Assembly: GCA_041498715.1 (NCBI GenBank)
Contig: JBGQIW010000001.1
Location: 13,554 to 77,553 of the forward strand
DNA: 64,000 nucleotides
Reading direction: 5' to 3'
Source of the DNA: Gemmatimonadota bacterium
GTDB lineage: Bacteria; Gemmatimonadota; Gemmatimonadetes; Gemmatimonadales; GWC2-71-9
Shown in pieces: positions 37,326 through 51,967 of the stretch. The notes under the pieces were generated by a model that saw nothing but the letters and a program-made list of their open reading frames with translations, had not been told where the DNA came from and searched no databases. Numbering within the stretch: the stretch's first letter is position 1; every line of letters starts with the position of its first letter. The position numbers and the translations under genes are program-made.

Positions 37326-38537
37326 TCAGGACGGCAGCTTGGCGACCTGGAAGGCGTGCGCACCCAGCGGGATGTTGGGCGCCGCGACGCCGAGCACGCG
37401 GGAGGTGGCGGTGCGATCGCGGACGTGGACGACCTGGACCGTCGCCATCACCTCGGCGATCGTGACCGAGCCGTCCCGGTGACGGCCCGGAGTGCGACGG
37501 ACTTCGAAGACATCGCCCGGAGCTACGCCGTCGCGCTTGCCTTTGTCGAGGAAGAGCACGATGCCCGAGCCCTTGAGCTCACGGTGGCCGGGCCAGCCGA
37601 TGACGCTCGCGGCGACGCCGTCCTTGACCGGCACCGGCTGGACCAAGCCGGGGTCGGTGAACTTCTCCGCCGGCATCACCGCCTGGCCGGGGATGATCTC
37701 CCCGTAGACCGCGACCACTTCGGCGATGGGCGTGCCGTCCGACACCTGGATGACGCGCGCGAGTCCCCGCGGCTCGACGATGTGGCCGTACCCCTCGAGG
37801 CTCCGGCTCGCGTTGGCGAGGAGCAGCGAGTCGCCGACCTGATAGGTGGCGCCGGCGGGCGGATCGATGGCGACCTTGGTGTAGAGCGTGGTCACCGCGC
37901 GCGGCTCATTGGTCGGGATGTCCGACGGTGTCACCGGGCCGTCGAAGCGGCCGAAGGGCAACTGTTCGTTCTCGGTGAGGAAGCCGGAGGAATAGAAATC
38001 GCCCCGATGCAGCGGGCGCAGCGGCGGCGCCTCGCTGCTGCTCAGCATTGAGACGCGGGCCTGGCCCCGGGACGGCGGAAAGAGGTGAGTCGAGTCGGTC
38101 GGCTCCGCCCCTGCGACCATTCGCTCTCCCTGCTCGGTCGGCTGTTGCTCAGCCGAAGGCTGCTGCTCGGCCGGCACCTCGGCGAGCCCGGGCCGGGCTT
38201 CCGCGGCCGGCGCGGCAGCCACCGGCGCCGGGGCCTCGGTCTGGGGGACGGCGGTGGCCTTCTCCGACGGCGCGAGCCGGAGCACCTCGCCCGGGTAGAT
38301 CCAGTGCGGATCCTCGACGACGAGGGTGTTGAGCCGGTAGATCTCGGGCCAGAGGAAGGGATCGCCGAGGTATTGCTTGGCGAGATCCCACAGCGTGTCG
38401 CCCGCCTTGACCGTGTGCGTGTCGGGGACCTGGGCGCGGCCGGCAGCAGGCGCAAGCGCGAAGAGAAGGCCGGCGGCCAGGCCGAGGGGCCAATGGCGAC
38501 GGGGCAAGAGCAGCTCACTCCGAGGCGTACGCGACAT
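37326..38537 (-). CDS. LysM peptidoglycan-binding domain protein
   Basis: I trimmed the ORF to the ATG at 38537. It has a signal peptide (LGLAAGLLFALAPAAGRAQ) and a LysM domain (HTVKAGDTLWDLAKQYLGDPFLWPEIYRLN...IYPGEVLRL). The C-terminal 250 aa are beta-rich and unrecognised. Confidence 0.8.
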   Translation of the reverse strand: MSRTPRSELLLPRRHWPLGLAAGLLFALAPAAGRAQVPDTHTVKAGDTLWDLAKQYLGDPFLWPEIYRLNTLVVEDPHWIYPGEVLRLAPSEKATAVPQTEAPAPVAAAPAAEARPGLAEVPAEQQPSAEQQPTEQGERMVAGAEPTDSTHLFPPSRGQARVSMLSSSEAPPLRPLHRGDFYSSGFLTENEQLPFGRFDGPVTPSDIPTNEPRAVTTLYTKVAIDPPAGATYQVGDSLLLANASRSLEGYGHIVEPRGLARVIQVSDGTPIAEVVAVYGEIIPGQAVMPAEKFTDPGLVQPVPVKDGVAASVIGWPGHRELKGSGIVLFLDKGKRDGVAPGDVFEVRRTPGRHRDGSVTIAEVMATVQVVHVRDRTATSRVLGVAAPNIPLGAHAFQVAKLPS

Positions 38538-38777
38538 CGGTGTCTCCGGCAGCGAGGACAGGCGCATCTGGGCAGTGATTGGCACGATCGGAACCGGCCC
38601 GCAAGAGCAACAATCCCGGTGGGGAAGCAAGATCAACGCCACCAGAATCCACCTGACGTGACATGGTCCAATGGCCTCCTCGGCAACCGGTTACGACGCG
38701 GGCGGCGAGCCTGGTTCAGCCCGCCGCCCTCGCGTTCAGCGCCGTCTCTTGCATAATCGCGCCGGGCCGGGCCACCG

Positions 38778-39257
38778 CTAGAACGGCAGGTCGTCGTCCT
38801 CGCCATCCAGGGCCTCCGGGAAGTCCTCGATGGACTCGGACTTGCCCTTGGCCCCGGCTGCCGCCGCCGCCACCTTTGCGGGCGGAGAGACGCTCTCGCC
38901 TCCCTCGCCACCCCGGCCGGAAAGCAGGATCAGCTCCCGCGCCGTGATCTCAGTGGTATAGCGGGTCTGCCCCTCCCGGTCCTGCCAGGAGCGGTATTCG
39001 ATGCTGCCCTCGACGTAGATCTTGTCGCCCTTCTTGCAATAGCGCTCGGCGACGTCAGCAAGGCCGGAGCCCTTGTTGTTCCACAGCACCACGCGATGCC
39101 ACTCGGTCTTTTCCTGTTGCTCACCCTGCTGATTCTTCCAGCGCCGGCTGGTGGCGAGCGAGAGGGTGGCGACGCGGGACCCGTTGGCAGTGCTCCGCAC
39201 TTCGGGATCGGCCCCGAGATTCCCGATCAGAATGACCTTGTTCAAACTCCGGCTCAC
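38778..39257 (-). CDS. ssb: Single-stranded DNA-binding protein
   Basis: OB fold (LNKVILIGNLGADPEVR, WHRVVLW), a Gly/Ala-rich linker and the acidic tip DGEDDDLPF. I prefer the GTG at 39257, preceded by GGAGG, over the track start at 39320. Confidence 0.93.
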   Translation of the reverse strand: MSRSLNKVILIGNLGADPEVRSTANGSRVATLSLATSRRWKNQQGEQQEKTEWHRVVLWNNKGSGLADVAERYCKKGDKIYVEGSIEYRSWQDREGQTRYTTEITARELILLSGRGGEGGESVSPPAKVAAAAAGAKGKSESIEDFPEALDGEDDDLPF

Positions 39258-39325
39258 ACGCACCTCCAGGGTTCCTTGGGTCCATGATTGGCGGACCCCG
39301 CCAAAGTATAGGAATCGCAAGTCGT

Positions 39326-39856
39326 TCAGTCAAGCAAATTTACGCCGTCGGTTGCGTTTTGCTCCCGCTCCAGGCCAAGCCGAAGCACGAGCGCGTCCTC
39401 GACGGGATTGCGATAGTAGGACCGCCGCCGCCCCACCGGACGAAACGCCGCGCCGCGATAGAGCGACTGCGCGGCCTCGTTGGACACGCGCACCTCGAGA
39501 AACACCTCGTCGACCTGACGGCGCCGCAGGATCACAAGGCCGGCGTCGAGCAGCGCGCGAGCGATGCCGCTCCGTCGCTGCGGCGGATCCACTGCCAGAT
39601 TCAGGATCTCGCCGGTGCCGGCGGCCTCTCGCGCGATCAGATAGCCGACGATCTCCGACTCGCGCTCCGCGACCAATCCAAAGGTCCACGCCGCCGAGAG
39701 CGATTCGCGAAAGCTCGCCTCGCTCCAGGGGTCGCCGAACGCGCGGCGCTCAATCGCCACCAGCGCAGGGGCATCAGCCGGGACGCCCTGCCGAATCCGG
39801 AAGGGGACGTCCGTGCGCCCGCTCCCATCGGGCCTGGGCTTCCGCAGGGCGGCCAT
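39326..39856 (-). CDS. rimI: Ribosomal-protein-alanine N-acetyltransferase (GNAT)
   Basis: GNAT core ILNLAVDPPQRRSGIARALL and LEVRVSNEAAQSLYRGAGF-like; the gene follows tsaB as usual. The start is uncertain (the alternative start at 39955 given by the ORF track, the ATG at 39856, or the GTG at 39808) and overlaps the tsaB 3' end. Confidence 0.8.
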   Translation of the reverse strand: MAALRKPRPDGSGRTDVPFRIRQGVPADAPALVAIERRAFGDPWSEASFRESLSAAWTFGLVAERESEIVGYLIAREAAGTGEILNLAVDPPQRRSGIARALLDAGLVILRRRQVDEVFLEVRVSNEAAQSLYRGAAFRPVGRRRSYYRNPVEDALVLRLGLEREQNATDGVNLLD

Positions 39857-40493
39857 ACTCGGGCTCCCAGAGATCAAGATGCGAGATGCGCCGGGTCGCG
39901 CCGGCGCGCTGCAGCAGATCCAGCAGCCAGGCCGCGCGCGGAAGACCCTCCGCACCGCTCACGACCTCGCCCCCCGCCCACGCGGCGAGCCGCGCGAGCG
40001 CCTCGGCGGGCGCATCACCCACGATCCGGTCCGGGCGCAGCGTCTCGGCGATGAGGCGCTCCGGCTGCCAGACCGACGGCGCGAGCAGCACCTCGACGGC
40101 ATCGGCGCCGAAGCGATAGGCCGCCGCGTAGAGCTCGCCGCGGAGCGCGTCCGCCACCGCGAGCGTCGCCTCTCCCTCGCGCGCGTGCGGCGCCGCCCGG
40201 ACCATCAGCGACGGGGCGATTCGCACTTCAAGGCCACGCGCGCGCCCGAGGGCCTTGGCGACGGTCGCGCCCACGCGCAGCCCGGTAAAGCTGCCGGGAC
40301 CGTCGCTCAGAAGCACACCGCCCACCTGGTCGAGCGCGATGCCGGCGCGCGCGAGGAGCCGATCCACCAGCGGCAGGAGCGCGCCCGCGTGCCGCCGGGC
40401 TCCCGTCAGCGTCCCTTCCAGCGCGTCCGCCGCGCTCGTGCCGAGCGCGACCGAGGCGCGGTCGGTGGCGGTGTCGAACGCGAGCCAGATCAC
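39774..40493 (-). CDS. tsaB: tRNA t6A37 biosynthesis protein TsaB (YeaZ)
   Basis: The protein starts [17 protein letters not shown] and carries LLSDGPGSFTGLRVGATVAKAL. I trimmed it to the GTG at 40493, which forms a GTGA overlap with the tsaE stop. Confidence 0.88.
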   Translation of the reverse strand: MIWLAFDTATDRASVALGTSAADALEGTLTGARRHAGALLPLVDRLLARAGIALDQVGGVLLSDGPGSFTGLRVGATVAKALGRARGLEVRIAPSLMVRAAPHAREGEATLAVADALRGELYAAAYRFGADAVEVLLAPSVWQPERLIAETLRPDRIVGDAPAEALARLAAWAGGEVVSGAEGLPRAAWLLDLLQRAGATRRISHLDLWEPEYGRPAEAQARWERAHGRPLPDSAGRPG

Positions 40494-40896
40494 AACGCCT
40501 CGAGGCCCCGGCGCTCGGGATCCTCGAGGTGGTGCAACCGGAACCGCCGGGTCGGCGCCGGGACCCAGGCGCCGGCGCGCTCGGGCCACTCGATCAGGAC
40601 CGCGTCTCCCTCGCGCAGCAGGCCCTCCCAGTCCAGATCGGCGGCATCATCCGGCGAACGGAGGCGAAAGCAGTCGAGGTGGAAGACCGGGCCCCGCCGT
40701 CCCCGGTAGCGGTGCACCAAGGCGTAGGTCGGGCTGGTGGCTCCCGCCGCAACGCCCAGGCCCCGTGCGATCGCCTGGACGAACGTCGTCTTTCCCGCGC
40801 CCAACTGTCCTTCGAGCGCCACCACGGCACCCGCCGCGAGCGCCCGGCCGAGCGCTTCGCCTTCCGCCTCGAGCTCGGCCAATGTGAGCGACCGGA

Positions 40897-40900
<4 letters not shown>
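40490..40900 (-). CDS. tsaE: tRNA t6A37 biosynthesis ATPase TsaE (YjeE)
   Basis: Only the last 136 codons of the 500-aa track ORF look real. They carry the P-loop [21 protein letters not shown], then [10 protein letters not shown] and HLDCFRL. The GTG at 40900 overlaps the uvrB TGA. Confidence 0.88.
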
Positions 40901-42954
<2,054 letters not shown>

Positions 42955-43000
42955 GGCGTAATATAATCGAGGTGCCGGGAAATATTCGGGGCTAGCCCGG

Positions 43001-43432
43001 TCACTTCTCCCGCGCCTCGCCGGCCATGGTCATCAGCCGTTTCCACTCCGCCGCCGTCACCGGCACGACCGACAGCCGCCCCATGCGCACGAGCGGAGAC
43101 TCCGCGAATGTGGGGTCGGCCTTGATCTCCTTGAGCGTGACCGGGTGCGGCAGGGGCTTCACGTACTCGATGTCGACAACCACCAGCTTGGGATCGTTCG
43201 CCTTGGGGTCGGGGTAGGCGGCGCGCGCCACCCGCGCGAGCCCCACCGCCGCCTTCTGGTCGCCGGTGTGATAGATGACCACATGGTCGCCGACCGCCAT
43301 CTCGCGGAGATGGCGCAGCGCGACGGGATTGGTGACCCCGTCCCACACCGCCCGCCGCTCCTGGGCGAGGCGCTCGAAGGAGTATTCCGAAGGCTCGGTC
43401 TTGAGAATCCAGCCGCCGCCGCTCATACCCAA
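43001..43432 (-). CDS. EVE (PUA-like) domain protein
   Basis: 143-aa [18 protein letters not shown]...[28 protein letters not shown] matches the EVE/thymocyte nuclear protein 1-like fold pattern. Confidence 0.8.
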   Translation of the reverse strand: MGMSGGGWILKTEPSEYSFERLAQERRAVWDGVTNPVALRHLREMAVGDHVVIYHTGDQKAAVGLARVARAAYPDPKANDPKLVVVDIEYVKPLPHPVTLKEIKADPTFAESPLVRMGRLSVVPVTAAEWKRLMTMAGEAREK

Positions 43433-43444
43433 AGGTAATGCCGG

Positions 43445-45640
43445 CTATTTGCCGGGAGGGATTTCGCGTCGCTCGACGGTCGTGACGCCCTTCACGCGAC
43501 GCACGGCCTTGAGGACCTTGGCAAGATGGGGAAGGTTGTCCACTTCTACGAAGATCGTTCCGAACACCGAGCCGTCCTTGGTGTGCAGATCCGCGCCCTT
43601 GATGTTGGTTCCCGTCTGGCTGATCGCCTCCATGAGATCGGCGTACAGGCCGCGGCGATCGTCGGCGTTCACCGCCAGCCGTACCCGGAACGCCTCGCCC
43701 TCCACCTCCTGCCAATCGATCTCCACCCGCCGCTCGTCCGCCGACAGCGTGAGCAGGTTGGGGCAATCGGCGCGGTGGATCGAGATCCCGCGGCCCTGGG
43801 TCACGTACCCCACGACCTGATCGCCGGGGACGGGTTGGCAGCATTGGGCGTACCGAACCATGAGACCGTCCACGCCCTGGATCTTGATCCCGCGGCCGAG
43901 CCGGATGCGGTCGATCACCCGGCCGAAGACCGTGGGCTTGGGCTCCTGCAGCGCGTCAGGGGGCAGGTCCGGGAAGAGCGCGCGGATCACCTGCCCAAGC
44001 GCCACGTCGCCGCGGCCCACCGCGATCTCGAGCCCCCGGCGGTCCGCCAGCGAAAGCGCCCCGGCGGCGCGCTCGAGCCGCGCCTCGTCGGGCGGCTCCA
44101 GCCGCCGGCGGCGGACCTCGCGCGCGATGATCTCCTTGCCCAGCGCGAGGCTGACCGTCTCTTCCTCGTGCTTGATCCATTGCTTGATCTTGTGCCGCGC
44201 CCGCGCCGTGCGAACATGGTTGAGCCAGTCTCGGCTCGGCTTGGCGGCGGGGCCGGTGAGCACCTCGACCGTGTCACCGTTCTTGAGCTCCCGGTGCAGC
44301 GGGGCGATCCTGCCGTTCACGCGCGCGCCCTGGGTCTTGAGCCCGACGTCGGTGTGGACGTGGAAGGCAAAGTCGATCGGGGTCGAGCCCTTGGGCAGCC
44401 GCTTCACGTCGCCCTTGGGCGTGAAGATGAAAATCTCGTCCTGATAGAGATCGATCTTCAGGAACTCGAGGAACTCCTCGGGGCTGTGGGTGTCCTGCTG
44501 CAGCTCGAGCAGCTGGCGGAACCAGCCGAGGTGCTGGTCCAGCTCATCGCGGGTGCCGTCCTTCTTGTAGACCCAGTGCGCGGCAATCCCGTACTCCGCC
44601 GTGCGGTGCATCTCCTGGGTCCGGATCTGGACCTCGAAGAGCTGCCCGCCGGGACCGAAGATCGTCGTATGGAGGGACTGGTAGGCGTTCGACTTGGGGC
44701 TCGCGATGTAGTCCTTGATCCGCTCCTGGATCGGGGTCCAGTTGTGGTGGATGATGCCGAGCACGTGGTAGCACTCGGGCACGCTGCGAACGGTCACCCG
44801 CACGGCCATGAGGTCGTAGATCTCGTCGAAGTTCTTGCCCCGCTTCTTCATCTTCTGATAGATGGACCAGAGATGCTTGGGCCGGCCGGTGACCTCGAAC
44901 CACTCGATGCCGGCCCGCTTGAGCTCGAACTCGAGCGGGGTGCGGAGCTTGATGATCATCTGCTCCCTCACCGCGCGCTTGGCCGCGATTTGGGTGACCA
45001 GGTCCCGATACTCCTCCGGCTCGAGGAACTTGAACGCAAGATCCTCCAGCTCGGCCTTGACACCGGCCATGCCGAAACGGTGCGCCAGCGGCGCGTAGAT
45101 CTCTCGCGTCTCCAGGGCGATCCGCTCCCGCCGCTCGGGCGACAGGTGCTCGAGCGTGCGCATGTTGTGCAGCCGGTCGGCCAGCTTGATGATGATGACC
45201 CGGGCGTCGCGGGCGATCGAGAGCAGCAGCTTCCGGTAGTTCTCCACCTGCTCTTCGGCCGTCGACCGGAAGCTCAGGTGGGAGATCTTGGTCAGGCCGT
45301 CCACGATACCGGCGATCTCGGGACCGAACTCGCGGGCGATGTCCTCGGTCCGGACATCCGAGTCTTCCACGACGTCGTGCAGCAGCGCGCCGGCGATCGA
45401 GGTGGTATCGAGGAGCTGCTCGGCCAGGATGAGCGCGACGGCGATCGAGTGGGAGACGAAGTCCTCACCCGACATCCGCTTCTGCCCGCGGTGGGCGGAC
45501 GAACTGTAGCGGAGCGCCCGGTCGATCAGCTCGAGATCGAGCCGGTCGGCGTGGCGCTCGAGCACCGCCCGGAACTCGGGGGTGGCATCGGACAGGAGCG
45601 GAGGGCTGACCGTCACGGCCGGCCTCGGGGCGTGGTGCAC
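43445..45640 (-). CDS. spoT: Bifunctional (p)ppGpp synthetase/hydrolase RelA/SpoT homolog
   Basis: 731-aa ORF with an HD hydrolase (HRGQKRMSGEDFVSHSIAVA, LLHDVVED) and a synthetase core (YQSLHTTIFGPGGQLFEVQIRT). TGS (GSTPIDFAFHVH) and a C-terminal ACT-like domain follow. The GTG start at 45640 may be slightly overextended. Confidence 0.95.
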   Translation of the reverse strand: MHHAPRPAVTVSPPLLSDATPEFRAVLERHADRLDLELIDRALRYSSSAHRGQKRMSGEDFVSHSIAVALILAEQLLDTTSIAGALLHDVVEDSDVRTEDIAREFGPEIAGIVDGLTKISHLSFRSTAEEQVENYRKLLLSIARDARVIIIKLADRLHNMRTLEHLSPERRERIALETREIYAPLAHRFGMAGVKAELEDLAFKFLEPEEYRDLVTQIAAKRAVREQMIIKLRTPLEFELKRAGIEWFEVTGRPKHLWSIYQKMKKRGKNFDEIYDLMAVRVTVRSVPECYHVLGIIHHNWTPIQERIKDYIASPKSNAYQSLHTTIFGPGGQLFEVQIRTQEMHRTAEYGIAAHWVYKKDGTRDELDQHLGWFRQLLELQQDTHSPEEFLEFLKIDLYQDEIFIFTPKGDVKRLPKGSTPIDFAFHVHTDVGLKTQGARVNGRIAPLHRELKNGDTVEVLTGPAAKPSRDWLNHVRTARARHKIKQWIKHEEETVSLALGKEIIAREVRRRRLEPPDEARLERAAGALSLADRRGLEIAVGRGDVALGQVIRALFPDLPPDALQEPKPTVFGRVIDRIRLGRGIKIQGVDGLMVRYAQCCQPVPGDQVVGYVTQGRGISIHRADCPNLLTLSADERRVEIDWQEVEGEAFRVRLAVNADDRRGLYADLMEAISQTGTNIKGADLHTKDGSVFGTIFVEVDNLPHLAKVLKAVRRVKGVTTVERREIPPGK

Positions 45641-45765
45641 ATCACAAACGTAGAATGGCGGTTACGCCCCGCCGGGTCAACTACTCGACGAGTGCTCCGA
45701 TGCCAACCGCGCCCGGGGCAGCGGCTTAGCTGGTTTCCGTTTCTCCGCCGCCGGCGCCTCTCTTC

Positions 45766-46449
45766 CTATAGCAGACCCTCCGTTGCGAAGCTCACGAAGC
45801 GATCGCCGGCCAGGATGACGTGATCGTACAGCGGCAGGTCGAGCAACTGGCCGGCCGCGACCAGCTGCCGTGTCACCGCCCGATCCTCCGCCGAGGGGGT
45901 CGGATCGCCGCTCGGGTGGTTGTGCACCACGATGATGCCGGCGGCCGCCTCGACGATCGCAGGCCGGAACACCTCCCGCGGATGCACGAGCGAGCTGTTG
46001 AGCAGCCCGCGGGTCACCAGCACGTCCCGCAGCACCTGGCTCTGGCTGTCCAGCGCGAGCAGGTGGAACTCCTCTACGGTGAGATCCCGGAGGCGGGGCT
46101 GAAACAGCCGGACCACGTCCTCCGGCTCCCGGATGCGCGGGAGCACGGCGCGGCCCTCACGCGCGAGCCGGGCGGCGAGCTAGAACGCGGCCAGGAGACG
46201 GGCGGCTTTGGTAGGCCCGACGCCGACGAGTCGGACGAGCTCCGCCGGCGGCCGCGCCGCCAGGCGGCGCAGGGAGCCCTCGCCGGGCTCGAGGATCTGA
46301 CCGGCGACCTCCGTGACGCTGAGCCCGCCGCCTCCGGTTCCCAGGACGACCGCGAGCAGCTCGGCCGTGGTCAGCGCCGCGGCTCCCAGGGCCCACAAGC
46401 GCTCCCGGGGACGGTCGCTGGTCGGCAGGTTGGCGAGGGTGGCGGGCAC
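45766..46449 (-). pseudogene. radC: radC (JAB/MPN domain protein) interrupted by one in-frame TAG
   Basis: Track ORFs 46180-46449 (HhH part, ending LLAAF*) and 45766-46146 (JAB part with HNHPSGDPTPSAED) are in the same frame. The minus-strand codon at 46182-46180 is TAG, where RadC proteins normally read LLAAFELxRR (Glu, GAG). Confidence 0.75.
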
Positions 46450-46536
46450 CGAAGAAAGGTCGCGATCCGTCGGCGGTCGAGGCGGACCGGGTTCGCGCGA
46501 ACCGGGGTCACACCGCGCGTGCGCCGCGTCCCGCCG

Positions 46537-48227
46537 TTACGAACCGACGAGCAGGATTTCCCGCGAGGTGCAGCGCACGGGGCCGTCACCTGCCCGCATG
46601 CTCACCGCGATCAGATATCGCCCGGGCTCGAGCCCGGCCACATCGAGGGTCACGGAGCGGCCGAGCGCCGCCTGCCCGTTGCTGCCCTCCCGCCACTGCA
46701 GCGCCATCGCCGCCCGCTCGGGCGGGATGCATTCGGAGCGCCCGAGCGGACTGGGCGCGCCCCTCCCGCCCACGCGGGCGACGCGCGCTTCGATCGTCAC
46801 CACGGTCCCCTGGGGCGGATGCTCGTACCACTCCCAGTAGATCCCGATCGGCCGGCGGGCCGCCAGCGTCGCCCCGGGGAGTGCCATGGAGGTGAGCGGG
46901 GCCATTGCCCCGGCCACGACCGCGTCGGCCGAGACGAGCAGGAGATCGGACAGGCGACTGGTCACCCAGGCCGTGGGGTCCGCGGTCGCCGTGCGCAGCC
47001 GGCCCGCCCAGCCCGACGCCTCGTGTACCGCCTCCAGGCTCACGACCGCGGGCGGGTCCACCGAGCGGACCGCCACGCCGCCCCAGGCCGCGGCGACCGC
47101 CGGGCCGACAACCACGGGACTCGCGGCGTCGGTGCCCACGGCGAGGCGGACCTTCGGCACCTGGCCCGCGAGCGAGGTATCCGCGCTCACGTCGAAACCG
47201 GCCACGGTGACGACCGAATCCCCCCGGCGGAAGCGCGCGATCTGGGCGTCGCGGATCGTCGTGAACCGGCTGGCCCAGGTGGGGGCGTAGCGGGCGGTGG
47301 GCCGCTCCCGCTCGAGATCCCAGGCAGGCGGCACGTCGGACGATGCGAAGAACCACCAGCTTGGAGTCCGCTCGTGCCCAACGGCCGCAGGCCGATCGCC
47401 CCCGCCGGGACTCGGCCCCGGGCGGGTCCAGTGGATCGGCGAGCCATAGCGCAGGATCAACTCCGCCGTATCGTCGCCCCAAGGGATGCCGTGCGCGGTC
47501 TCCGCGTCCGCCAGCATGCGGACCATCACGTGGCGCGCGTAATGCTCCGCCCGCAGGTCGTTGCCGGGGCGGGAGTAGAGCGGGCGCGCCAGCCACCAGA
47601 TCCTGAGGTTCTCACCCTCCCGCGCGCTGCACGGTGCCCGGGCGTAGCGCTGGGAGACATCTCCGAGCAGGGCCGAGAGGTCGAGCCACGCGCAGCGCTC
47701 GCTCGGCGGCATGAGCGCCAGAGCCCGGGCGAAGAGCGAGTCCGCCGCCGCGTCCTCCTCCTGCACATGCAGCCCGAACGCCTGGAGGGCCGTGCACCAC
47801 CACCGCTCCGCCCTGCACTCCCTTGCCGCGGCCACAGCCGAGCTGGGCCGGCCGTGCTCCACGAGGTAGCGCACTCGCTGTCCCGCGATCCAGCCATCGC
47901 CCGGCAGCAGGCGAGCGGCGTCGGCGAGCTGATCGAGGAGATCGGCCCGGGCCTGGTCGATCCGGGACGGCTCCGGCGGCGGCTCCGCCGGAGGCGGTGT
48001 GTACCAGTAGCAGAAGCGGCCGATTCGCACGTCGCACGCGCCGCGGCCGACGCCTTGGTCGGGCGGCAGCTCGGCGCGACGGGCCTGCTCGAAGTGGCGC
48101 ACCGCCTCCCGCGCTCGGCGAAGGACGTCGAGCGAGTCAAACGACCCCGCCCGCGCGACAGTCGAGGACTGCGCGCGGGCGGGGAGGGCCGTGAGGCCGA
48201 GCGACAGGACAAGGAGCGCGGTGCGCC

Positions 48228-48249
<22 letters not shown>
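46537..48249 (-). CDS. Hypothetical secreted Cys-containing protein (possibly a divergent GWxTD-like domain)
   Basis: The start is either the GTG at 48249, giving a signal peptide (M)PRGRAVGRTALLVLSLGLTALPARAQ, or the GTG at 48282. Either start overlaps the secA 3' end. The segment HYARHVMVRML...IPWGDDTAELILRYGSPIHWTRP vaguely resembles the GWxTD motif. Nothing else is recognised. Confidence 0.6.
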
Positions 48250-51388
<3,139 letters not shown>

Positions 51389-51392
<4 letters not shown>

Positions 51393-51961
51393 ACTCCGTC
51401 CAAGTATAGCCGCTCGGTCGCGACGTAGCGGGCGACCGTCTCCGGCACCCACCACCGGATCGACTGGCCCGTGCGGACCCGCTCGCGCACCTCGGTAGCC
51501 GAGATGTCGACGGCGGGCACGGCGACCGTCCGCCAGATGTGCGACCCTACCGCTGCCGGCGCGCCCGGCCGCGCGAACGCCGCGACCCGCGCGAGCCGCG
51601 GAATCTCCGCCGCCTCGCGCCAGCTCGCCAGCTCAGCCGCGGCGTCGGCGCCCACCAGCAGCACCAGCTCGACCCCTGGGTCCCGCGCCTTCAGCGCCCG
51701 CAGCGTGTCCACCGTGTACGACGGCCCGGGCCGGTCGAGCTCAGCCCGCTCCAGCGCGAAGCGGGGCTCGTCCGCGATGGCGAGCGCCACCATGGCGGCC
51801 CGCTGCTCCGGCGTCGCCCCATGCCGCCCCCGCTTGAAGGGCTGCTGCCTCGCGGGCACGAACCGCACCGACTCGAGCCCGAGGCGTTCGAGGACCGCCT
51901 GCGCCACCAGCAGGTGCCCGTGGTGGATCGGATCGAACGATCCGCCGAGCAGTCCGACCAT
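51389..51961 (-). CDS. nadD: Nicotinate-nucleotide adenylyltransferase
   Basis: 190-aa ORF with GLLGGSFDPIHHGHL (the HxGH motif) and ISATEVR near the C-terminus. Confidence 0.93.
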
Positions 51962-51967
51962 GGGCCG

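Noticed and set aside
43001-43432. The EVE-domain gene as a possible marker of a defence or modified-base system.
   Set aside because: It is a small stand-alone EVE protein between relA/spoT and uvrB. It is not fused to, or adjacent to, any nuclease, methylase or ATPase, so I treat it as a common housekeeping-type stand-alone EVE gene (from memory, not checked).
45641-45765. A possible promoter upstream of relA/spoT: TTGACC at 45680-45675, a 17-nt spacer, and CATTCT at 45657-45652.
   Set aside because: The -35 box is good but the -10 box is weak. It would leave only about 5 nt before the annotated GTG start. This is too speculative to list as a feature without start-site data.
46450-46536. 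GC-rich near-palindrome ACCGGGTTCGCGCGAACCGGGG between the secreted-protein gene and radC.
   Set aside because: It has a short stem (GGTTCGC/GCGAACC with almost no loop) and no U-tract. It is probably a weak terminator or chance GC palindrome, so I did not list it as a feature.
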